Positions 6,548 to 12,535 of a stretch of 14,949 nucleotides of DNA are shown here, one piece after another. The notes beneath the pieces were generated by a model. It worked only from the letters and a program-made list of their open reading frames with translations. It was not told the origin of the DNA and ran no database searches. The translations under genes were made by a program, and so were the position numbers. The first letter of the stretch is position 1; each line of letters begins with the position of its first letter. Source of the stretch: a virus (Duplodnaviria > Heunggongvirae > Uroviricota > Caudoviricetes); IMG/VR virus record IMGVR_UViG_3300022751_000001, positions 1 to 14,949 of that record. One strand, given 5' to 3'.

Positions 6548-6873
6548 TGACAACTGTATTTGACCAGTTCGTCTACCTCGGTGACCTGTCACCTGCTCGA
6601 CGCGATAGCGTCCAACGCTGCCGAGACGTCCAACCACTCGTCCGACTTGCCGAAGAGCGTGGGTATTACAAAGACTACGACTCGTGCAAACGCAACTTGG
6701 TCATATTTCACGCATATTGTACAGGTCAGATAGATTACGCACAAGCGGCAGTGGTCACCTCTCTCAGCAAATCTTCAATTGGTGTGATACTAAATAGGAT
6801 CATAATAAATACATTAGCTAAAGAAGGCGACATAATAATGCAACGCGCAAAGAAAGGTAGCATACTGGTATGA
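6544..6873 (+). CDS. HTH-containing protein, paralog of 6263-6547
   Basis: RNLVIFHAYCTGQIDYAQAAVVTSLSKSSIGVILNR; stop/start overlaps on both sides. Confidence 0.7.
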   Translation: MMTTVFDQFVYLGDLSPARRDSVQRCRDVQPLVRLAEERGYYKDYDSCKRNLVIFHAYCTGQIDYAQAAVVTSLSKSSIGVILNRIIINTLAKEGDIIMQRAKKGSILV

Positions 6874-7262
6874 GTTTCGCATCAAATCAATCTCCGATAC
6901 GCCTATCTGGTGTAACGCGGGGTAAAGTTGTGATCGGGGGTGGTATCAAGCGTGGTGGTTTCACGATGTACGGTGGCACCAAACGCAAGCGCAACAAGAT
7001 GGTACTCCCATCGCTGTACGAAAACTACAAGGTGGTGAAGACCTCCGATGCTCCTAGTTCCAAAAAAAATTCCGACTCGGCAGTGACGGTAGGTAGTAGT
7101 ATCGCTGGTTTCATGTTCTTATTGACGTTCGCTTTTCTAATTCTCACACTCGCGATAGGGTGGATCGTAGTACTCGTTGCGTTCGCAGCACCGTTCATAG
7201 TTATCGCGACGTTCTTAGGGCTTTTCGCAATACCGTTTGTCGCGCTCACACCGAAAAAATAG
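6870..7262 (+). CDS. membrane protein (basic Gly-rich N-terminus, long hydrophobic C-terminus, about 2 TM)
   Basis: About 50-residue hydrophobic stretch IAGFMFLLTF...FAIPFVALT; ATGA overlap with the upstream gene. Confidence 0.75.
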   Translation: MSFASNQSPIRLSGVTRGKVVIGGGIKRGGFTMYGGTKRKRNKMVLPSLYENYKVVKTSDAPSSKKNSDSAVTVGSSIAGFMFLLTFAFLILTLAIGWIVVLVAFAAPFIVIATFLGLFAIPFVALTPKK

Positions 7263-7300
7263 AAGAAAAAATTACGAGGGGGGTTGCTACGGCCTCACGT

Positions 7301-7340
7301 AAACAAAAAGATGAACGGGTTTTTGGCCCGTTCATCTCTT
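7301..7340. terminator. hairpin terminator between convergent genes (U-tract better on the minus strand)
   Basis: Perfect 11-bp stem AGATGAACGGG(7309-7319)/CCCGTTCATCT(7327-7337), with AAACAAAA on its left. Confidence 0.75.
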
Positions 7341-7351
7341 ATATATTGCTA

Positions 7352-7675
7352 TTACTTGCTTAGTGGGATAAAGTAGTACACGCTTTTTTTGCTATTTGTT
7401 AGCTCAAGAATGTTTTTTACCTTGTGGGCTAGTAACTCTTTACCGTAAACGATTTGCATAGTGGTTGTAACTACCTTGTCGCCCTCGGTGTAGCGTATCA
7501 CGTGTTGGCGGTTTACTTTTTTACCCGCTTCGTCCCGTACGCTAGACGCTTTACCCTCTACACTCTTTACAATTTGCTTGCGATAATCTTGGGCAACTTG
7601 TAGCTTGTGCTTAGGTACTGTAACTTTTGCTTTAGTTGTTTTTGCTTTTACTGTAGTTGCTTTGTTAGCGACCAT
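7352..7675 (-). CDS. lysine-rich basic hypothetical protein, copy A (107 aa)
   Basis: SD GAGGT, own promoter; 19 K + 4 R versus 8 D/E; 69/91 identical (ungapped) to 8162-8464. Confidence 0.85.
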   Translation of the reverse strand: MVANKATTVKAKTTKAKVTVPKHKLQVAQDYRKQIVKSVEGKASSVRDEAGKKVNRQHVIRYTEGDKVVTTTMQIVYGKELLAHKVKNILELTNSKKSVYYFIPLSK

Positions 7676-7738
7676 AATTTGTTTACCTCTAGCACTTATA
7701 ATGATTATGATAGTAGTCGTGCCGTCTCTACTGTTAAT

Positions 7739-7775
7739 AGTATACTACAGATGATGATAAAAGTCAATAGGTTTT
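7739..7775 (-). promoter_or_regulatory. sigma70-type promoter with AAAACCTA box
   Basis: AAAACCTA-TTGACT(7767-7762)-17 bp-TATACT(7744-7739). Confidence 0.8.
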
Positions 7776-7877
7776 ATCAATAATCTTTACGGATTTATGG
7801 AGATGGTAACTCCGTCCTCTATACTATGGATACTTTTGGCGACGCCAATATAGGCCTCTGTTCAGGCTGCAGGATAA

Positions 7878-7915
7878 TGTTTCACGTGAAATGGTTTTTG
7901 TTTTCACGTGAAATG
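7878..7915. promoter_or_regulatory. tandem parS-like palindromes
   Basis: TGTTTCACGTGAAATG (7878-7893, 14/16 to TGTTTCACGTGAAACA) and GTTTTCACGTGAAATG (7900-7915, 12/16). Both have the perfect 12-bp palindromic core TTTCACGTGAAA, 22 bp apart. Confidence 0.55.
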
Positions 7916-8010
7916 TTTTCGGTCCTAAGCCTGTGCCCCAACTTTTCATCGCCTTACCTAAGATTCATTCGTTAGCCTTAGCCGCCATGCGGGCGCCTCA
8001 CTAGGGCGGT

Positions 8011-8040
8011 AGCCTGTAGCGGATTACATTTGTCTGGCTT
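8011..8040 (+). repeat. 30-bp intergenic repeat, copy 1 (copy 2 at 8643-8672)
   Basis: AGCCTGTAGCGGATTACATTTGTCTGGCTT versus AGCCTGTGGCGATTTACATTTGTTCGCCTT, 24/30 identical. Confidence 0.7.
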
Positions 8041-8161
8041 AGCCCAGCAGCGGTGTGATCGCGTCCTGCAAATACAGGAGGGAATAGCTGTATGACTGCG
8101 CCAGATCCCCTGCCTGAGCTTGGAGTAGCGTGACCCACCAATCACGCTATCCTGTGCCTAA

Positions 8162-8464
8162 CTAAGCAACTGGTACGAAGTAATACACTGAGCCTTTGCG
8201 GTTCGTAAGCTCTAAGATGTCCTTGCTAGTGTGTGCAAGTAGTTCTTTCCCGTAGATAATCTGTAGGGTAGCTGTAACGACCTTGTCGCCTTCGAGGTAA
8301 GTGATAACGTGTTGACGGTTAATCTTCTTGCCTGCTTCGTCACGTAAGCTGGTAGCCTTACCTGTTACTGACTTGACGATGTTCTTGCGAAATGTTTTAG
8401 CCACTTCGAGTTTGTGGGCAGGTACAGTTACCTTCGCCTTCACTGGTGCTTTGGTTGCAGTCAT
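8162..8464 (-). CDS. lysine-rich basic hypothetical protein, copy B (100 aa)
   Basis: SD AAGGAG, own promoter; paralog of 7352-7675, with many third-codon-position differences. Confidence 0.85.
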   Translation of the reverse strand: MTATKAPVKAKVTVPAHKLEVAKTFRKNIVKSVTGKATSLRDEAGKKINRQHVITYLEGDKVVTATLQIIYGKELLAHTSKDILELTNRKGSVYYFVPVA

Positions 8465-8513
8465 AATATCTCCTTGTGATTATGATTATATGGGTATCTC
8501 TACCACTGTAAGT

Positions 8514-8550
8514 ATTATCTCATAGGCACAGATAAAATGCAATACCTTTT
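8514..8550 (-). promoter_or_regulatory. sigma70-type promoter (AAAAGGTA variant box)
   Basis: AAAAGGTA-TTGCAT(8542-8537)-17 bp-TGn extended GATAAT(8519-8514). Confidence 0.65.
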
Positions 8551-8642
8551 TGGCACACGAGGATTCCGCTGGATGCAGTCCGGATCGGCAGTATAGCCGT
8601 AGTATAGGGGAGTATGCCAGCTGGAGTGAGGCTTTGGCAAGC

Positions 8643-8672
8643 AGCCTGTGGCGATTTACATTTGTTCGCCTT
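8643..8672 (+). repeat. 30-bp intergenic repeat, copy 2
   Basis: See 8011-8040. Confidence 0.7.
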
Positions 8673-8886
8673 TGTTTCGTGGCTGTATAGTGCAGCAGCC
8701 TACCCGTGCTGGCGGAAGCCAGGTTTGTGTGGATTCTAGGAGCTCTGAGATTACGCGGTTCTGGGAGGCCTGTGTTCTATGGATACCTAAAACTTCAGTA
8801 TTCGGGTGAAATGCAGAAATCTGCTGGTTTTAATCCAGGTAGTACAGGATGCCTAAGTCTGGCTTCGGATGGTGTAGCTGCCAGGA

Positions 8887-8983
8887 GGTCGTTGGCAATC
8901 CAGAGCTTCAATTCACGGATTTGGGCTGGTCGTTGGCAAAAAACGCGTTCAATTCGGCAAAAACAAGCCATGATTGGCAAAAA
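8887..8983 (+). repeat. degenerate 41-bp tandem repeat with phased GGCAA(AAA) boxes
   Basis: GGTCGTTGGCAA at 8887 and 8928; TTCAATTC at 8907 and 8948; GGCAA at 8894, 8935, 8956 and 8976. Confidence 0.6.
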
Positions 8984-9289
8984 GGGGGCGGATTCCTTGT
9001 CCAAGGGTGTTCAGAAAAGTTGGAGATTGTGGCTTGCGTTCCGCCTTTTCCGTTGAGCGTGAGGGAGTTTGGCTATGGAGATGTTGTCTGGGAGTGGTTT
9101 GAGTGATAAAACACAATACTTTTTCCTTTTGGCTTTTGGCTCGCACTTTCTTTGGGTTCTTAGTATATAAGCCTTTGTACTCTCTATATAGCAATCAGAC
9201 ACAGGAGAAGGGTTATTGGCGAGATTTTTTTCGTTCAGGTGAGCCTTTGTACGTTGGAGTGTAAACGGTCTTCGTAGGCGTGCTCCCTG

Positions 9290-9318
9290 TTTACAATGTC
9301 GGTCCTATGGGTCATAAT
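9290..9318 (+). promoter_or_regulatory. sigma70-type promoter
   Basis: TTTACA(9290-9295)-17 bp-CATAAT(9313-9318); ATG at 9329 after a 10-nt gap; shares TGTTTACA with the 10178 promoter. Confidence 0.55.
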
Positions 9319-9328
9319 AGTAGGTAAG

Positions 9329-9514
9329 ATGGAGATACTTGAATACCCCCTAGAGGACTATGCAGTTACTAAAGAAGGCAAGGTGTGGTCGTTTAGGACA
9401 GAGCGTTGGTTATCGGAGTTTATGGTCAATGGGCGTAGGGCGGTTACTATGAGTGTTGCAGGCAAACGCTATACTAGGCTCGTTGATGTGCTTGTACGTT
9501 CTATACACGAATAG
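9329..9514 (+). CDS. NUMOD4-like protein, apparently lacking an HNH nuclease domain (61 aa)
   Basis: YAVTKEGKVWS...NGRRAVTMSVAGKRYTRLVDVLV parallels NUMOD4 (Y.VSN.GRV.S ... GY..V.L ... VHRLVA); the ORF stops where HNH would begin. Confidence 0.55.
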   Translation: MEILEYPLEDYAVTKEGKVWSFRTERWLSEFMVNGRRAVTMSVAGKRYTRLVDVLVRSIHE

Positions 9515-9548
9515 CACACAAAAGGGTTCTTTGCCGAGGTTTTTTCGC

Positions 9549-9986
9549 CTATGCGTAAATGTAAAGACCGTTGCGACTAAGTAACTCGCCTCGACTAAAC
9601 TCAAGCACCTTTGCGATGTCTGCGTCCGTGAGCATAGCTTGTTCAGCAGGTAGACCGAATGCCGCTGTATCCCTCATTCTCATACGACTGTATTGAAGAA
9701 TTAGCTTGTGATAGAGGGCGTGGTTGATACGGTGATACACTGTGACTTCCTTAATGTCATAGTAACGAAAGCGTACAGTCTGTCCTGTGCGTTTCACAAC
9801 TTGGTGAATGTAGATGTTTGCCGCTTTTTCTGCGTCAACGTGAGGTCCCGCTTTTACGAGTTCAAGAGCTTTGCGACCGCCCTTTTTTACACCCATATAA
9901 ACGCCTACTCGACTTGGTTTGTTCTTCTCTCCTGGTATGAAACTCATAGCAGTGTCGGTAACTTGTCCTAGGTAATTGGTTTTCAT
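9549..9986 (-). CDS. basic hypothetical protein (145 aa)
   Basis: SD-like AAGGGA 8 nt before the ATG; own promoter at 10047-10083. Confidence 0.8.
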   Translation of the reverse strand: MKTNYLGQVTDTAMSFIPGEKNKPSRVGVYMGVKKGGRKALELVKAGPHVDAEKAANIYIHQVVKRTGQTVRFRYYDIKEVTVYHRINHALYHKLILQYSRMRMRDTAAFGLPAEQAMLTDADIAKVLEFSRGELLSRNGLYIYA

Positions 9987-10046
9987 TGTAACAGTTCCCT
10001 TATGATGATAATTATTATACGTTTACTGTTGTTTGCGTATGCTACT

Positions 10047-10083
10047 ATTATACAATAAGGCTATGCAATATACAATAGGTTTT
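10047..10083 (-). promoter_or_regulatory. sigma70-type promoter with AAAACCTA box
   Basis: AAAACCTA-TTGTAT(10075-10070)-17 bp-TATAAT(10052-10047). Confidence 0.8.
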
Positions 10084-10177
10084 ATCTACTCTAGGAGAGC
10101 GTGGCTTAGGTTAATCCAAAGGCAGCAGCGGGGGTAGAAGCCGCGAAAAGTCGTAAGCCTGGTGTCTGATTTAGGTG

Positions 10178-10206
10178 TTTACAAGGTGCATAGCCTGTGG
10201 TATAAT
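10178..10206 (+). promoter_or_regulatory. strong sigma70-type promoter of the rightward operon
   Basis: TTTACA(10178-10183)-17 bp-TGn extended TATAAT(10201-10206). Confidence 0.8.
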
Positions 10207-10212
10207 ATAGAC

Positions 10213-10453
10213 AAGCGATAGCTGTAGAGTTCACTCGTAACTTGAGTGCTACAGGTCATTGCGGCAGTTGATAGTACTCCCTTTATGGGGGTTCTTTTAA
10301 TTGCAAGGCAAGAACAGATGTTGCCGAGGTTTTTCAGCCTGTCTCCAGCGAGTCGAGATTACGACGTGGGGCGGTGAAAACGTCCTCTGCGAAATACATT
10401 TGTTTTAGCCTGCCCCCAAATCATAATAATTATCATTCTTGAAAGGAGCGATA
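10213..10453 (+). ncRNA. candidate structured 5' leader or ncRNA (about 240 nt)
   Basis: No convincing ORF between the promoter and ATG 10454. Stems: CTGTAG/CTACAG with CACTC/GAGTG (10222-10254); ACTCCC/GGGGGT; GGCAA/TTGCC; GGGGCGG/CTGCCCC with AAAAC/GTTTT (10368-10416). Confidence 0.45.
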
Positions 10454-10678
10454 ATGGCAAACACACAACACGACAACGTTGGCGAAGTTCTAGTCCTCAA
10501 AGACTTTTCTACACCTGACGTTGCCTTTTCACTAAACGCAACCGTTGCCAGCGATGGCTCGGTTGTACTGTACGACTACAAGCGTACGGGCTCAAACCAC
10601 GATAGCAAAATCATTGTTATCACTGAGGACGAGTTCGACCAGTTAGCTTCGTACCTAGGCTATATCAAAGAGGTATAA
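10454..10678 (+). CDS. hypothetical protein (74 aa)
   Basis: SD AAAGGAG supports ATG 10454 rather than the track start at 10439. Confidence 0.8.
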   Translation: MANTQHDNVGEVLVLKDFSTPDVAFSLNATVASDGSVVLYDYKRTGSNHDSKIIVITEDEFDQLASYLGYIKEV

Positions 10679-10680
10679 CC

Positions 10681-11049
10681 ATGGCCGATTTTACACCAAA
10701 TAAGTTCGAGCCGATCAAAGGGCTTCACCGTATTGAAAAGGTGGACTACCGACGATGGGCAATCGACAAGAACCTACGTGTTCTAGGGCGACAAGATTAT
10801 GTTCTTGCAGACTTGGTGACGGCACTCAAAGACTACAAACAACCTTGGCGCGAGAATGCACGGCAGACGATGTCTTACCCTATGAAAATGGATAAGCATA
10901 TAAACGTGTATCTGCTCGACAACGGTATTGAAGCCTTTGTGTTGCTTGTTGACGATATGCAAGGCACAGCTTACAGTCGCAACCGATTTGAACAGACAGG
11001 AGAACAGCAGATAGTTGTTTTCTTAGTTTCGGAGGACGGTCGTGAATAA
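10681..11049 (+). CDS. hypothetical protein (122 aa)
   Basis: SD GAGGT; operon context. Confidence 0.8.
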   Translation: MADFTPNKFEPIKGLHRIEKVDYRRWAIDKNLRVLGRQDYVLADLVTALKDYKQPWRENARQTMSYPMKMDKHINVYLLDNGIEAFVLLVDDMQGTAYSRNRFEQTGEQQIVVFLVSEDGRE

Positions 11050-11521
11050 CAGTCTACGCCTAGAGCAAATGGTCAGCGAAATCACGAAGAAAGGGAATGT
11101 CCGAGCAACTTTGCAACGGCGAACCAGTTCAAACGTATTCGCTGAGGACAAGTTTATATACTCATACGGTCATCACTATATTCTAGGAACCCTTATTGGT
11201 AGTACCTGGCTGGTGAACACCGAACGGTATTCGACATCGACAGGACGACATCTTAGTTACTTGCGTTCAGCACTTAGCAAGAATGGCGTTACGAGCGATA
11301 AAATCATATACACGCCTATCGACACTAGCACATTAGAGCCTGCAGCGATTATTCGCAACGGTATTCGATTGCTGGAAACAGCTTCAATGGAAGTCGCAAG
11401 ACAACTTGAGAAGACTCGTAAAGGCAGTGGTAACAACCTGCGACTTATTCGTGAACTACAGGAGATCGAGCAATCGCAACGTCGCCTAGTGGTTCTAGGT
11501 GAGATGAGAGGAGGTCAGTAA
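11042..11521 (+). CDS. phage hypothetical protein (159 aa)
   Basis: SD GGAGG before GTG; IYSYGHHY...YSTSTGRH resembles a recurrent phage motif (YSYG.HF ... YS.TT.KH), recognised by eye. Confidence 0.8.
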   Translation: MNNSLRLEQMVSEITKKGNVRATLQRRTSSNVFAEDKFIYSYGHHYILGTLIGSTWLVNTERYSTSTGRHLSYLRSALSKNGVTSDKIIYTPIDTSTLEPAAIIRNGIRLLETASMEVARQLEKTRKGSGNNLRLIRELQEIEQSQRRLVVLGEMRGGQ

Positions 11522-12214
11522 ATGGCAAATCAATCAAGTGCAAGCGTTACAATCAACGCAAAGGCATCAATCGCTAAAGAGCTATTCGAGTATATCGAGG
11601 CCGTTCAATCTGATAGTGAATACAACATTATCAATGAGGACGCTTTGGTCGATATAGACTACAGCGATGACCCCGAGGCTTATGTAAGCGTTGGTGGTTG
11701 GGCCACTGGTCGTTGGTCGTATTCAAATAATCTTGAAAGCTATTTTGCGGGAAGGTTTACGAAAGAGAACTGGCGCGTTGGTGAAGGTAAAGCAGCCCAC
11801 CTTGCGTATGGTAAGTTAGTTTCGGCAATCAAACGTAAGCATGGCGACTTCGAGATTGAATACCAAGACGAAGAAGGCGGTGCAGGGTTTATTGACGTTG
11901 GTACTCTCTCGATTAACGAGGAGAATATAGACGACGATGTGCCCAGCATTGACAGCCAAGCTCAAGACTACACCATATCTAATATGATGGAAATCTTTGG
12001 GTATGACGAGTGGGAAGCAATCGACAATATGTATGGCGATGAAGTTTCTACCGCCTGGTCAGAATACAAGGACGCGAACGGTGCTATTGAAATAGCGGAC
12101 GACTTCGTGTCTGAGTACAGTTCAGATATTTACGACGGCAACTTTGACGCTACTGAAGTAGTCCTCGAAGAAAACCGTAAAGCAAAAGAGGGTGAGGCGA
12201 TCAAAACGCCTTAG
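11522..12214 (+). CDS. acidic hypothetical protein (230 aa); N-terminal half weakly DUF1281/YubB-like
   Basis: SD AGGAGGT. MANQSSASVTI...GRWS...EIEYQDEEGGAGF loosely recalls that family; the C-terminal half is very D/E-rich. Confidence 0.75.
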   Translation: MANQSSASVTINAKASIAKELFEYIEAVQSDSEYNIINEDALVDIDYSDDPEAYVSVGGWATGRWSYSNNLESYFAGRFTKENWRVGEGKAAHLAYGKLVSAIKRKHGDFEIEYQDEEGGAGFIDVGTLSINEENIDDDVPSIDSQAQDYTISNMMEIFGYDEWEAIDNMYGDEVSTAWSEYKDANGAIEIADDFVSEYSSDIYDGNFDATEVVLEENRKAKEGEAIKTP

Positions 12215-12268
12215 CCCAATAACATACGTTCAACTTTATTTTAATTCTCTTGAAAGGAGAAACACACT

Positions 12269-12535
12269 ATGAACAATTATTCAAACGGACAAAAAGTAAT
12301 CGTAATCGCACCAGAAGGCTACATCTTCGCAGGTATTCTTGCCGATGCTATGCTACCAGGGCACCTTCGTATCGAACAGTACAAGCAAATTGTTGGCTGG
12401 GATAGCGACAAGGGCGTTGGTGCAGTTGCAAACGGTACAGTTGAAGCCCAACTTACTGAAGGTTCAGAATGGATTGAGCTCCCTGAGTTCAGCTACCGAG
12501 TCGTCATTGACGCCACCAAAATGAAAGGTCTGTAA
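12269..12535 (+). CDS. hypothetical protein (88 aa)
   Basis: SD AAAGGAG. Confidence 0.8.
   Translation: MNNYSNGQKVIVIAPEGYIFAGILADAMLPGHLRIEQYKQIVGWDSDKGVGAVANGTVEAQLTEGSEWIELPEFSYRVVIDATKMKGL

Noticed and set aside
6870-7262. DUF4236-family or holin assignment
   Set aside because: Only a vague Gly-rich N-terminal resemblance, and no endolysin nearby; left as an unknown membrane protein.
7352-8464. Gene A/B similarity as a DGR template/variable repeat pair
   Set aside because: Differences fall largely at third codon positions and involve all bases rather than only adenines; both copies are intact genes with promoters; no reverse transcriptase is in the window.
8821-8880. tRNA suggested by GGTTTTAATCC
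   Set aside because: No GTTCRA T-loop or cloverleaf could be built; no tRNA was recognised on either strand of the window.
8706-9202. Track ORFs 8706-9056, 8795-9004, 8849-9106, 8949-9194 and 9011-9202
   Set aside because: They overlap one another on both strands, lack clear RBS or promoter support and have no recognisable motifs; treated as non-coding.
7780-9290. CRISPR mini-array among the intergenic repeats
   Set aside because: Repeats occur in only 2-4 degenerate copies, with no identical repeats separated by regular unique spacers.
9549-9986. Small terminase subunit
   Set aside because: No N-terminal HTH or oligomerisation-helix pattern, and no terL follows.
10103-10340. Hammerhead ribozyme or c-di-GMP-I riboswitch (GGCAA, GAAA and local stems)
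   Set aside because: The hammerhead CUGANGA core and the GEMM two-stem consensus are missing.
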